DNA of 64,000 bases from Eledone cirrhosa (taxonomy: Eukaryota). Under the pieces are notes generated by a model. The model searched no databases, was not told the origin of the DNA, and saw only the letters and a program-made list of their open reading frames with translations. Where the stretch lies: the NCBI GenBank assembly GCA_964016885.1, contig OZ024745.1, positions 132,928,001-132,992,000 on the forward strand, read 5' to 3'. Position numbers and translations under genes: made by a program. Below, piece after piece: positions 27,347 to 42,125 of this stretch; within the stretch, counting starts at the first letter, position 1, and every line of letters starts with the position of its first letter.

Positions 27347-27441
<95 letters not shown>

Positions 27442-27959
27442 GTATATATATATATAAAAGTGGGTGTATGTATGCGTTTGTGTAAGCGTGCTTCTATATC
27501 ATATGGTTGAACGTCATATCTGAAATTATCACTGAATAATACCCTTGTTTAAAAAAGAAATGACATACACCACGAATTTCATCTCCATCTCGAAAAATAT
27601 TTGAACTGAATCCCAGTCACTTTACTGAACATGATCATATTATCAAATAGCTTTTCTTTGTTGTCAAATTTCTGACACTTCCAATTTATCAACTCGAAAT
27701 CTATAGTATGGTCCTGCACATTTTCATATTATAAAGAATGTTAATATGAAGTGAAATAAAGGAACATTTACTGTGTTGCGTATCTGTTAGGTAAACATTT
27801 CATAACTAACCTGACTGGGTAGAGAGAAATGATGAGTTCGCTTTATAGTAAACATTTTAAATAGATTAAGTGGATAATGTTATGTGGAAAAGAGAAATAC
27901 ATTGTATTATGTCATAGCTATTGTTAGTGGCATAGCTTCATATATATATATATAAGTTT

Positions 27960-28086
27960 GTAATAAACAACATAAGACAATTATTCCATTTACCAAAGGT
28001 TTCATGAAGACACATGAGCTCAACGCAGATGACTGTCTTCGTGAAACCTTTGGTAAATAGAATAATTTTCTCATGTTGTTTATTAC
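27960..28086. repeat. Palindrome with hammerhead 3' halves
   Basis: gtaataaacaacat..taccaaaggtttcatgaagaca / tgtcttcgtGAAACCtttGGTA^aatag..atgttgtttattac. Confidence 0.9.
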
Positions 28087-28287
28087 ATAATTAAATAGCT
28101 CTGTAGCCTATTACATAATTAAATAGCTCTGTAGCACTCTCCTTTCCTTTACACTTCCTACGGAAATACTTCATATATTTATGTATGTGTGTGTGTATGT
28201 ATGTGTGTGTGTGTGCGTGTGTATGTGTGTATGTGTGTACGTATGAATGTATGTATGTGTTTCAGTGTTTATGTGTTTGTGTGTGTG

Positions 28288-28500
28288 AGGTTCGGCTCAC
28301 GATCACAAGGCTGTGAGTTTGTTTCGACGATCAGATTGGTTTTATTGTGTACTTTAATAAGACTTTATTTCTCATTTCTCTCCTCCATACATCCGCTAGC
28401 GATGAGTTATACCTGTAATGCTATTGGTCAGATTTATCACAAGTTATTTTCCATGAGATGATAGCTGGAGCACTCCTCATCGGAATCGACGGAGAGCCCA
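28288..28500 (+). mobile_element. Degenerate SINE S2
   Basis: ttcggctcacgatcacaaggctgtgagttt..ttgtgtactttaataagactttatttc. Confidence 0.55.
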
Positions 28501-28549
28501 TATTATATATACAACGCTGTGTAATTGCTAACTCCAATTCAATATAATT

Positions 28550-28736
28550 GTTTCTTCTTTGGGCACAAGGCCAGCAATTATCCCAGTGTATTACTGGTAC
28601 TTTATTTTATCGACCCCGTAAGGATGAAAGGCAAAGTTATCCTCGGAGGGATTCGAACTCAGACCATAAAGGGTCGTAACTCTTTGCTGTAAAGCATGGC
28701 GTCCGACCCTCTACTGATACTGTCAATCTACTGCCC
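28550..28736 (-). mobile_element. Full-length SINE S1
   Basis: S1 reverse complement; TSD ttcaatataatt, amplified on the right into 10-bp tandem units. Confidence 0.9.
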
Positions 28737-28992
28737 TTTTCAATATAATTCAATATAATTCAATATAATTCAATACAATCAAAATAAATATATAATAATA
28801 TATATATAAAAAAATTAAAATAAAACATCGGCTGGAAATCTTCATTCATATACAATCCACATTCTATGCCAGCGGACATTTCCAGTCGATGATTCTTTGT
28901 TTTATTTGCTATATGCGAATGAGCATATGCTGACACTGTTCAATACGCCATATATATAGGGTTTAACGTGTCATTATCTGGGTACAGGGGGA

Positions 28993-29047
28993 GAGAGTAT
29001 CACAGATGAATGATTATTAAATCCTGAAACAGCTGTCTGATATTCTC
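28993..29047 (+). ncRNA. Minimal type I hammerhead with one core substitution
   Basis: gagagtatca-CAGATGA-atgatt..aatcct-GAAA-CAGCTG-TC^tgatattctc; 10-bp stem I, palindromic stem III, GUC site, U4>A. Confidence 0.8.
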
Positions 29048-30276
29048 ACTGGCCACTGAGCTAGCTGTGTCTTCTTCACAGCACAGGAAATGGTTCATCA
29101 TGGGTTAATTACACATCAAAATGTGGCATATATTTTCATATACATCCTTATGGACGCTGCTGTGTTAATGCTACCGCCATATATTCACCATAACTATAAG
29201 CATACTCTAATATTGTAATATACATAATACACATCTCTATCGCCTTGCAATATTTGTATTGACTGTTACATGTGTGATTTCAAAATCCCCTGAGCTCTAG
29301 ATTGTTAACATTTCGTTCTCCGTGTATATAACATTTCGTTGTCTGTGTATATAACATCATTCCCTAGAGTGCCGTGGATCGAAGCAGTTATTAAAGAGTC
29401 GGATAACATTTCTCAAGATATCGATTCAGTCTATTTACTTTATTCAGATTCTGCCGTGTTGAACAGGATTACTACTGATACGATAGTGGAGTATCTCATT
29501 GCATGTACCCCCTACCCCCATCCCGCCGACTACAAGAATCAGAGATATGTCAGGGTTGACATCCAGCAATACATTGCTAAAGGTAAAACAGAATGGAACC
29601 TGCCTCAAGTCAACAAAGTAATCTACATTTTCTATCATAAAATAAATTTTCAACTGTGTAAATTCGGTTTGACATATATTTTGTACAAATAAATTACCTT
29701 CACTCACCTCACGGAAGCCTTCATTATTGGCCACGAATAACCCCGAACGATGACATTTAGGAGACATCGCTGAAAGCAAAATCGAATAAATAATATATTA
29801 TATTCTCCTGTCACGACCTCACCAAATACCTCTACTGTGTATTAACCAGGATGAAGCAATGAAAAAAATATCACATCCCAATTATGTTATGAATAATTAT
29901 ATTGTAATATGGCTATGGCACATTATCATAGTTGATTTCAAAATTTATTTGATTCGATATTTCAAATAAATTGAGAGTACGTGGTAAAATGACATTAGAT
30001 TTTAAATTCAAAGCTCCGAGGAAAGAAAAAAATGAAAGTTTAGTTCCCAAAAGAAAACAACGTTTAAGAAGCAACTCTAATAGTGGAATAATGCCCTACA
30101 TATAAACACACACAACAGAATTATAATATATAACATTTATATTATAATTCTAAATTTGCCAGCCACTTTAAAATGATTCGGGTATGTTCCATTATATGTA
30201 ATTATTTAAGTATATTATGTTGGTGTTTTATTACTAATCGTCATGAAAATATTCCGATCACACCCATACAAGCACA

Positions 30277-30363
<87 letters not shown>

Positions 30364-31467
30364 GGATATGTATGTCTGTGTGAGCATGTGGCTGTGCGTA
30401 GTATATATCTGTTTTGTTTTTTTTATTAGCAAATGTTTCAAAATTTGTTGTGGAATTATTACAAAATTGCCAGCAAACAGAGTTAGGAAATTTCACATGG
30501 ATATATCAATAGAGCTAGATCTAGTGAAACAGTAATTTCTTCCTGTTACATAGACACGACGAATACACCACATATTTTGCCATCAGATGAAATTACTGCT
30601 TCCAGTAATCTCTTTATATTACATTTCCATACAAAAAGATTTTGGAAAAATATACATACATTAAAAAAGTATTTTCCCTCACCGTATCCCTTCCTTTTCT
30701 TTTATGAAATCTTGATTTTTTACCAATTTCATATTGCATTATCTGAAAGAAGCGTAAGATTGAATAGACACTAACTATAATTCCTATTTTAGTTTTCTTA
30801 TTTTCTCTCAGAAATTAATGATATTTTTATCTCGAACATGGAGCAAGCCTATTTTCTTTATATAAATCGTGTTCAACGAAAGATATTTCACACCCAAGAA
30901 AAACATAACCTTCGATCATTTGCTTATATTTTGTAGCATATTCATAAACAAGCGTATTTTCTGTTAAAATGTGAGGATACTTATAGAAACACAAACATCT
31001 GCCAGAGTGTTTACGGCAAAATATATGACAATCAACTGGGATAACTGAAAATCCACAATCTCCAGGGAAAGATTAAAAACAAAAACTCTAATATATGGAA
31101 ATTTAAGCATGTGTGATGTATTCTTCTCTCTCTGTTTATTTGTCGTATACTTTCGTATTTACGGTTAGCAGGTTGGATTTACAGATATTTTATTTTATCC
31201 GGGCATTTAAAAAATGCTGCAATGAGATGTTTTCAAGCTTAAACCGCACCATAATCCTCACATTCATTACGGCAAAAGTTGATATTAAGTACGTTCAAAA
31301 TGGGAGACATTTAGTAAGAAATGACGTGCTATAAGACACATGGTACTGACAATATAGGTTTGATCTATGTAAGAGGCAATGGCTACTATTACTTATGGTC
31401 TTCTTTTATTGTAACCACAATAAATATATATATATATATAGATAGATAGATAGAGAGAGAGAGGGAT

Positions 31468-31506
<39 letters not shown>

Positions 31507-34500
31507 TGTAAAATCCCTACAGCGGAATCAATCGTTGTCGGCTTTTGGTCTCAGCAAGCCCTTGCAAGACCTGCTAAACCCACAAATTTGGCGCCATGGT
31601 CAGGGTTTTACATATCTTCACATACCTTTACGACCCCTCTGCATTTCCCTGTGAATTGATTACTCCCCTGATTAGTGGTTTCGCCGGTATAGGCAACGTA
31701 GACTCTCTTTCGATATATATATATGTGGGGGGGGGGGCGCGTGTGTGCGCGTGTGTGTGTGTGAGAGTAGATAAGCTTTCGTTTATGCATACAAAGAATG
31801 ATTGCTTAAGCCTACCAGAGAATTTGACTCGTAAAACAATTATCCTTCGTTTTGATATTTTTATTCATTGTTCATTAAAAACCGTGTTTTATCATTTATA
31901 GAAATTCATTTCTTTTCGTTCTGAGATCAAACTGCTTTATGACATATTTGGGTGGTAGGTATAATCCGTTACTCGGCTTAATACGACCACCTAGCCCTAG
32001 GAGAAACATATCACAACTATCATTATAGTATTATGATTATTTGTCTAACACTCTTTCATACAAATAGAAAATCGTTTCTGATTTACAGTAGTTTGCAGGG
32101 ATATGCGTCAAAAATGTATATCTCATTGGAATTACAGAAATACAAATAGAGCATGAGAATATAAAAATTAATACAATCATTGACATGTCCAACTGTATAT
32201 AAATCTTACACTATTGCCATTCTCAAGTTATCGTATATTCGTCATCTTCTGCACACCCATCAATATTTATTGTATTGTTACTCAAATGTTTAGAATATTT
32301 CCAGAGTCATCCTCAGATGATTAATTTACCTGTGGTAAAGTAATACTCTTTCTAATTCTACCTGATTCTCCAATTTCTTTACATTTTGTTCGTTAAATGA
32401 TATTTTGTATGAAGATTACATTTCTATTTTAAATAAGACAGTGTATCAGTTTGTGTATAGGTTTGTATGCGTGACTGTGTGTATATGTGCTTGTGTGTGT
32501 ATATGTGTTTGGGCATAACATATGTGATGTAAGAAATAGCGAAAACGATAGCATATATGCGTTATAAAATCAGTATGAACCAGTGAGAGAGAAAGCAATA
32601 CACTTTTATATGGAGTACGTCACATTTTTTTTATTTTAATCTCTATAATTACCGAATCAAATTATATCAAACTTTTGCTAATAAGTATTATATTCATCAG
32701 CATACAATATTTCCTTGGTGAGTTATGAATAGTTTTTGAATACAAAAAATATGTTGACTATAATGTTGCATATCTCCTAGTCGATGTTGCATTTATATAT
32801 TATCGTTTTATCGATAATTGCCTTTCGATTCTTCAAATACTACAATTTCAAATACTACACATAATTATCATTGTTCGTACTTTAATTAAAATCTTTGCAA
32901 CATACATTTTATTCCGTTAATAAATATATTTGCAACATATAAACACGTTTCAAGCGATAACGTACAAAACGATTCGATGCAATTAACACACCTCGAATAA
33001 TTTAATTATTTAACTGAACAAAACGCTATCAAATAGAAATTAATGCACCTGCAATCATTATATGAATGGCAATCTTTTAGGTGCTAAATTATTAAGCTAT
33101 ATATTCCAAACGGGAATCGGTATGATATGTGTACTAACGTCACGGTGAACTTCTACACAATACTATTGTTTAGGTACACAGGAGTTCTGTAAATAGTTTT
33201 CGTAATACACGGTTGTGTGCAATTAATGATCACGTCTTTCTAATTAATATCTAGCACAGTTGAACATAACCTGGGGTTTATATAGTTTAGCTCCTAATAT
33301 CTGATCCTTTGAGACATCAGTTCGTCATCTGTTGAATTTTCAACTCAATAACTCACGATTTATTAACAATAACAAACAATCAATTTATTGCAGATCGTGT
33401 AATGCAATCGTGTACAGCAATCGAATATGTCACAATGAGTCCAGTGCAACATAATAAATATTTACACATATTTATAATCAATTGAATAAAATAAAGTACA
33501 TGTATATTTCATTAAGATCGGATTGATGAAACAAATTTACATCGATATGTTTGCCAACTGAACAGTGAGGTGTTAAATACCAGCAGAGCATGTAATTAAA
33601 TGCTAAAATTATTGGTGTTCTTAACACTGTGAAATGATCTCGATTAAAAAAGTGTTCGTTTAGTTTCCCAGATTAAAATCTTGGTCAAGAAATGAGAAGT
33701 GTGAAGGAGAAGCGCTTAGAAAGCAGTATTTAAATGCGTCGATGCAAAATATTTGTGAAATCACAAGACCTAGAGTTATTCTGAAATATAGGATCATTGT
33801 AAGTTTTATCAGTAAACATGGTGCAATATGTTATTAAAGATTTATGTATACGACTGTCGTCTGAAAGGTTTCGGGAACCTCAATGCATACTCAATACTCA
33901 ATACATCAGCGTTGTCATGCAGATATTTCTACCATGGAAAATATTTGCTAGGGCAACTGGAACTCCAGTAACCTGGTTGACTACTGAGAGAGAGAGAGAG
34001 AGAGAGAGTGAGAGTAAAGAGCGTGAGAGAGAGAGAGAGAGTAGAGAGCGTGAGACTTAATGTACGCCAACCTAAATAGGAAATATAATCAAAGCAAGGT
34101 ATATTTAAACTGTAGGTACCTAATGAACAAGGGAGCCTAAATAATAACTTCAGAAGTGTACAGAATATCAATGGAATAAAGACAATTTCATTGATGTATT
34201 TTAGAAGAATGTGTAGTTAAGTGTGATCTACACACTTAATGCTTGGAGCACCTAAACTAAATAAACAAACATCAATTCCGAAGAGAAAAAGAGGTAACCT
34301 TACTGGTAATATTTGCTAGAGAAATAATCCCGGAATACAAATTGATTATAATGGGGGGGGGGGGTCATATTCCGGAAAATTACTTTGTTCAATACTTCGA
34401 ACAGTGAAAACTGATTTGGATTGTAAGAGATCGCTTATTGAAGAATATTCTTGGTCGTGCTTACTAATCATTAGATTAGCTAACGTAAACCCTTCAGCAA

Positions 34501-34728
34501 TACAAATTTATTAAATATCGATACAGCGCCATGATTCCCATAATAGACATGCAGTTAAATGGGTTCGGTGTGTTAATCTCAAGTAAATATAACTAAGATT
34601 ACACATGTATTAATATCGACTCAAGTAAATCTGTATATAACTAAGATTACACATGTACTAATATCGACTTAACATTAATACTTTGATAGATGTTAAACAT
34701 CATGGAAAAGTTTTACATATATAACTTC

Positions 34729-34912
34729 ATTTGGCAGTATCGGTAGAGGGTCGGACGCCATGCTTTCCAGCATAGTTACGTCCCTTTACGATCTAAGTTC
34801 AAATCCCGCCGAGGTTGACTTTGCCTTTCATCCTTACGGGGTCGATAAAATAAAGTACCAGTAATGCACTGGGTGTTTGCTGGCCTTGTGCCTAAAAGTA
34901 GAAACAATTATT
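34729..34912 (+). mobile_element. SINE S1
   Basis: Near-consensus copy lacking only the first few bases. Confidence 0.95.
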
Positions 34913-34949
34913 TGACGCTAATCTAAATATATTTAACACTAACGCTAAT

Positions 34950-35035
34950 TATATATAGGGTGGTCATAGCACTTTGTTAAATAATGTCTCTAATTATACA
35001 TAGGGTGATCATAGCACTTTGTTAAATAATGTCTC
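34950..35035. repeat. 45-bp tandem duplication
   Basis: aattatayatagggtgrtcatagcactttgttaaataatgtctct twice; a similar duplication lies at about 34588-34670. Confidence 0.85.
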
Positions 35036-35810
35036 TTCTTATCATTTTTCGTCAGTTACAATGTCACGCACATCTGGTCAACTTTGTGTCAAATATTTGG
35101 ACTCAAGACATAAAACCATGATATTTCCGGCGAAGTGGTTGCACAAGTAATTCCGCAATATTTTAAGTTTTTCTCATGTGTAAAGTAACTGCAATGCTCC
35201 TGCACCACCCAGATGGCACTGAAAATAGTTATTTTACCTATGTTTCGGGAAACATTAGATATGTGATTAGTTGCTTCTTCCTGCATGATCGGATATTACA
35301 GGTTTTTATTTTTATAGGTATATTTTACAAATGAAACCCTTGACGGAATATGAAAGAAATCTAACGTTGAATATGTAATAATGGTAGAAAAATCGAGGTA
35401 TTTGGAATAGAAAATAACAAAAGCGAGTATTATTTTCGGGGATACATGTCTAGAAGATGTGAAAATTGAAGTTGAGTTCAGTCAGAATTAGAATGTATAA
35501 ACGAGATTTATACGAGATTCCAACTTCTCAAGGACATACTTATACAATTGCAGCTATAATTATTTCAGGTTTCGATAATATTGAACAAATCCAAAGAAAT
35601 TTCGATTTATATGCAAATATAAATATTATATGAGACATTCTAAAACTTAATATGTAAACCAAACAATGTAATATGCATCAAATCCTTATTTCTTTTGTTA
35701 TATTTCCAATAAAGTAGCATTTGTTAGTATTTAACAGGAAACATTTAAGTTTGTAAGAATTTTAATAACATAACATATACATCTATACCTATATGTAGAA
35801 GAAGAAGAAG

Positions 35811-35841
<31 letters not shown>

Positions 35842-35852
35842 GGTTGTATAAC

Positions 35853-38160
35853 ATTATTATTATTATGTTAGGGCGGTGAATTGGTAGAGGGTTGGACGCC
35901 ATGCTTTCTAGTATAGTTATGTCATGAGTTCAAATCCCGTCGAGGGTAACTGTGCCTTTCATCGTTATGGGTTCGATAAAATAAAGTACCAGTAATACGC
36001 TGGGTAATTGCTGGCCTTGTGCCAAAAGTAGAAACAATTATTATTATTATGTTAATTGTCTTTCCTTTTCCTTCGGTATTGTTTCTGATATATGTTGAGT
36101 GTCTTCCTGACACCTAGGGCAACTAAACTCACTGTATACATCGGTAAGCCAGTTAATCCACCACATTGAATATAACGTATAGCTTATCTTTCTTACAGAG
36201 GGATATCATTCTTACAGAGATAGTGCTCTACTCGCACACACACATACACACATACACACACACAAGGGGAGGGTATCATTCTCACAGATATAGTGCAGTA
36301 CCAGTCAAAACAATATTTTGCACCTCTTGCAGAGAGGGTAAACCAGGAATCATTTGCAAATACTGTTCTATTCCTTTCTTGATCATTCCCAGTGATCCCA
36401 TATTCACTGGTATTGTAACGGCCTTGAGGTGCCACATTTTTTCAATTTCAATAAGCAGATCTTTATATTTTCTTAGCTTGTCAAATTCTTTTCCTGTGAT
36501 ATTGTGATCAGCTGGGATGCTCATATCAATCAATAAACAGACCTTGATGTGTTGGTCTTTTACAATGATATCTGGTCTATTAACTTTTATGGTCCGGTCA
36601 GTGTGTACAGGAAAGTCCCAAAGAATTGTTACTTTTTCTCCTTCAGTTACAGCCTCAGGGTGATGATTGTACCATTTGTCAGCAGCTTTGATTTTATAAT
36701 GCCGACATATTACCCAGTGTAGATATTGGCCAATTCTATCATGTTTATATTTGTACTCCACTGGGCCTAAAACTTTACATCCAGAACTAGGTGGTCCACT
36801 GTTACAACCTCAACATTGTAGAATCGGCACTTTGGATTTACTCCATTTCTCATCACATTGGCCTTGTAATTCCGAGTCATTAAGTTTTGATCTTGGGCAG
36901 CTAAGATGAAGCCACCACTCTCTGCTTTTAGCCCTGAGCTACGTAGCTACCGAGGGGTGTACTTTTGGTCAACATCAGCTTGTTTGCTACGGGCCACATA
37001 TTTCCCATGCAAAGGTTTCTGCTCCCACTTTGATGTTAATTGCTCTTGCCCTTTTTCTTTTGCCATAAATTTTCTGTGATTAGCAGCATCAGTCGCAAGA
37101 GTTTCCTTAGTCTGTCCGACCCGGGGTTCAAGCATGAGATCGGTACCATATTGTTTGCTCTCCTTCAAGATAGAATGAAGCTTCTTACTTCTCTCGTGTT
37201 TTTAAACAAGTTTCAGTCGTTTGTTGTTCCAAGGTATTTGGCGAGTCCAATAGTGGTGGTCTTGTAGGTAAGTTCAAATTGGATCAGTCCACGGCCTCCT
37301 TGAGTTCTAGAAGGTAAACATGATCCACATCTGCCTTCGAGTGGTGCATCATATTACAAGTCACTAACATACAGATTTTGGTGTCGATTCTTTTAATTTT
37401 ACTCATATTCCAGTTCAACACATCGAAGCTATAAGTAACAACTGGAACTGCCAAGGAATTTATGGCGAACACCTTGTTATGAACATCTCTTTCATACTTG
37501 CATGATGAATGCCAGAAACCTCATTAATCCATAAATATTTATAGGTTTATTCCTGCTCAAGTTATTTTACGACTGTTTCAGCATCTGATTCAACTGAGTT
37601 TGAGTGAGTTGATAAGCTTCCCCTTCTTGAAAGTGGCTTTGGCACATTTATCAAGTCCAACCTCCATCCTGATGTCATCACTAAATGTTTTTACTGTCCG
37701 CAAAATGCCTTCTAGATCGTCAATGTCTTTTAGGTGGCTTATTTTCTTGTTTTCAATGTTGTAACTGTACCCTGTTCTATTAAGTTGGGATGTAGCAAAA
37801 AAGTAAGGGAGAAAGTGAGTCACCTTGAAAAGTACCACAGTTGATGCTTATATTCTTAGAACTTAGTACACCATTTGAATGAAATAATTGGAGATTTGTG
37901 TTCCACAATGACATATTGTGTTTCAGAAAGTTTGAAATCACAGGTGAGATTTTGAAGATGTCCAGTGATTTCAGAATCCATGAGTGCAGTACGCTGTCAA
38001 AAGCTATTTTGTAGTCGATACATTCAGAACTGAGATTTATGTGTTTATTAGGACAGTTCTCATGGATCAAGTGATTAATTAAGAGTTGATGTTCACAACC
38101 ATATGAACCTCAATGGGCAAAAAGATTGTTCTCCACCATGAACACGCATGCGTTCTCCAT
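35853..38160 (-). mobile_element. Decayed R4/Dong-clade LINE with (TAA)n 3' tail
   Basis: IDYKIAFDSVLHSW, FQGDSLSPLLFC, AINSLAVPVVTYSF, WEQKPLHGKY, KHDRIGQYLHWVIC..KWYNHHP..ILWDFPVHTDRTIKVNRPDII..LIDMSIP..K.RKYKDL. Confidence 0.92.
35871..36036 (+). mobile_element. SINE S1 inserted into the LINE tail, 18-bp TSD
   Basis: attattattattatgtta at 35853-35870 and 36037-36054. Confidence 0.9.
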
Positions 38161-38777
38161 GAAAATAGTGATTAATAGCTTATAAGTTAATCATGGAAAT
38201 TCTTTTGTTAAATACTTATGGTGCTCAGTTTGATTCGATTAAACCATTCCGAAATATTTAATCAAAGGAATTGAAGTTGAAATTATAAGTTTTGTGGTTG
38301 TATTTATACGGTAAATCAGGTGTAGCTGTGCATGCATGCTCATGGTGCTTTGTAAAAGGAAGTAGTTATTCCTTTATTCATTTTAATTTTTATAAATTCA
38401 AATAGATATAACATTTAATATAAGTATTTATACACGGACCGTATTGACAATGAATTACTGCTACATTAAGGCTTATGTTCCAACAGAAATACTAACAACA
38501 TATGCATTATTTTACATAATAACGAATACTTAATTACTTAAATAACGAATGTACGTAGTGGTAAATAACTTCCTACATATTTTCAAACATACACGATATT
38601 CCCATCTTTAGTAACTTCAGATTAGTTCCTGTCGTTTGAGCGTTAACGTGGATTTAAACAACAATAACACCAATACTAATTCAAATGAATAATTATGGAA
38701 AATTATTCTCAGTAAGACCACAATCTAAAACGGAAACACCAGTCATGTCTTCGAATTGTAGTTACTTGTCAGACATG

Positions 38778-38819
38778 CATTGTTTTCAAATGATCTCACG
38801 AGATCATTTGAAAATAATG
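38778..38819. repeat. 42-bp near-perfect hairpin
   Basis: cattgttttcaaatgatctc-ac-gagatcatttgaaaataatg. Confidence 0.85.
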
Positions 38820-40076
38820 TGGGCCATAACTTTACAATGAAATATATAACAGATTCAGGCGAAAATAAAACTAAGTATATCAGTGGGTGGGGGTGAGGAT
38901 TTATAGGTGTAAGGTTATCATGATTGTTTAGAAGATAACAATAATATATTAGATATATTTTAGAAATATACTTTCCTTAATATTTCACACTGATATTTAT
39001 CACATATAAAACAGTATTTATTAAAATTGAATACTAGAATCATATCGTACCCCATGTCTGCAGAATATAGTAGTGATAACATTAAAATCAACTATGTTTC
39101 TATCGTATTTACTGCATAATCGGTAGATAAAGTATATCTAAGAGAATTTCTCAACTCAAGTTTCTAACCAATGTTAAACCTATCGATTATATATAGTTTA
39201 GTCTAAAAATCAGAAACACAACATGGAACATATTGAATAGAATTACAGAATAAAAAAAGGATCACTCTATCGATAGAAACATAAACTTCAGCTATATTAG
39301 AATATGTTTATTGATAGAATGGAAATGTTGCTATAAATACACCTGTCTGCATATTCTTCTGATAGAGAGTGGTTAATGGCGTATAGACATCGTCAAAATG
39401 TGTTCTGAAACACATCACCACGTTGTGCGATGCTGTTTATTATTCTTATTCTTATATTGTTGTGTGAAATGTAGATTTATTACACTGTATAACGTGATTT
39501 TCAACGTTTGAAACCTATGATTTGTTCAGGATCTATGTTTGAATATAGTTTAAAATTTATGTCATTAGTTAAAAGAAACAAAACAAAGAAAGAAAACGTA
39601 AACAAACATAGTTAAGCTAACTTTTAATCAATGAAATTTTAACTAGAATTATTTATAGACAATTGCGTTTAAGGCAACAAATAGCGAAATAAAATATAAA
39701 AAAAGGGAAAGAAACAGGCTGTAACAATTGAAACAGAGACAATTATCAGCAGACAATGTGGTATGGAGGAAATCAGTAAATATTTGTACCTGAGGCCAAA
39801 CGCTATTGTAAGCAAATTAGAAACACTTTATTAAATATAACCACGACAACTATTGGTAAGTATTGTTTTGAGGAGGAAACCAAATTAAACATTAGTTTTA
39901 TTATTTTCTCCATTTAACAATCAATGGAGAAATTATTACAATGCAACATTTGTTGCAACAAAACAGATAATGATATATATAGATTCTTTCTTTCTTCCTT
40001 TTCTCTGTCTCTCCCACTCTCTCTGTCTCTATTTCTATCTCTCTTTATATATATATATATATACACATATATATAC

Positions 40077-40167
<91 letters not shown>

Positions 40168-40265
40168 TATATATACACACATATATATATATATATGCAT
40201 ACATAAATATACATACATATATGCATACATAGATATATATATTTATATATGTATATATATAAATA

Positions 40266-40666
<401 letters not shown>

Positions 40667-40834
40667 TCCTCCCCCACCATTCTTTACTCTCATCTCCTCC
40701 TCTTCCTTACCTTTTCCACCCCCACCCCCCTGACTTTTCCCCAATCTCATACACCAATCTTAAATTATTTTTCATATGTTGATTTAAAACTTCACTATTC
40801 ACAAGTGTTTTTTAAGCTTCATATCATGTATCCC

Positions 40835-40905
40835 TATTTTATCTGATGAGAACGCAGATATCATCCCATGATGATATTTGTTTTTGAAATGCGCATAATA
40901 AAATA
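40835..40905 (+). ncRNA. Complete minimal type I hammerhead ribozyme (PLE-type)
   Basis: tattttat-CTGATGA-stem II (gaacgcagatatcatc/ccat/gatgatatttgttttt)-GAAA-TGCGCA-TA^ataaaata; 8-bp perfect stem I; preceded by pyrimidine-rich UTR 40645-40830. Confidence 0.88.
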
Positions 40906-40935
40906 CTTGGAACTCTTTTAACCATCTTTTGATCT

Positions 40936-40973
<38 letters not shown>

Positions 40974-41409
40974 ATAATAATAAATTTGAAGACTAAAATC
41001 GAAAGAGGGCTCGATAAGGATATGTGTGAACGTGAACATAGAAAGGAATCGTTGAATAAGCTAAGAAGAAAGCACAAAATATATTACACGTAATCTTAAA
41101 TGAATGGAATAATAACAGTTTCACCAAAAAGTATCATGCAATTCAAAATGAAAGTATCACAATTTGATGTGTTTGTAATGTAGCAACAATGAATCCTCTT
41201 TCTAACAGAACATATCACTTTTGCAATATCGATTCACATCTAGTGTAGCCGATAACGTCGTATCACTGCAAAATCCCAGTTGATGGAGTTGAGTGTAAAT
41301 TATATGATATTGAATGTAACAGCAATGAATACATATAGTACTGTTAGGGAGGTAATGGGATATTTTGTTAATCTGCCTATATTTCATTTCGTTTCTTTAT
41401 TCTTAATTA

Positions 41410-42125
41410 TATTCTCATAATTGGTGCAACCAATCGATTGTCTGCTATTATAGGAGATTAGCCATCGCTACTAATTCTCGTCCCTTCATTTGATGATATC
41501 CATCCTTGTTATCCTTTGCCTGACCCTTCTTCGCCCACCTCTGACTATGAAGGCGCATGGGTTACTGGTTAGAGAATTGGGCTTGCAATCGAAAGGTTGT
41601 GAGTTCAATTCTCGGACCGGGTGATGTGTTGTTTCCTTGAGCAAGACACTTTATTTCACGTTGCTCCAGTTTACTGTAGAAATGAGATGATAGGACTGGG
41701 GTCCCTATCATTAAAATTACCCAAGAGACCTCCAACGAGATATACCTTGGAGGAGGCCAGCTAAACCTGCAAAGGTGGGAGCTGTCACACACACACCTCT
41801 GACTATGGCTTGGGTAGTGACATTGAAAATTATGTAGGTTGGTCCTAAGCCATTGTATGGAATTTTGCTTCAGCAAGATATGTATTCTAACTGTCTTGGC
41901 TGACAAAGCTTTGTGTTGGAGATTCATAGACATCTCTAATACATATATACTCCAATAACTGGATTGTGTGTTCTCAGTGGGCTGTAAGCGTACAACTTCC
42001 GCAACCTTATATAAGATTCCACGGCTCCATGGACCTGTATACTTTTAACTTCATAGGATATCTAACGAAACAGCTTTTTCCAAATGCCCTTCAGCCTCTT
42101 CATGGCAGAAGAGTGTAGTCTGCAT
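41410..42125 (-). mobile_element. RTE-clade LINE 3' fragment split by a SINE
   Basis: RLKGIWKK..KVYRSM..GCGSCTLTA..IQ.LE; resumes after the SINE as IVRGGRRRVRQRITRMDIIK. Confidence 0.75.
41550..41793 (+). mobile_element. Full-length CORE-type tRNA SINE S2 with 14-bp TSD
   Basis: ggcgcatgggttactggttagag..gagttcaattctc..gtgttgtttccttgagcaagacac; (AC)n tail; TSD cacctctgactatg at 41536-41549 and 41794-41807. Confidence 0.92.

Noticed and set aside
31585-31610. tggcgcc primer-binding-site-like motif
   Set aside because: No adjacent LTR or gag/pol remnant
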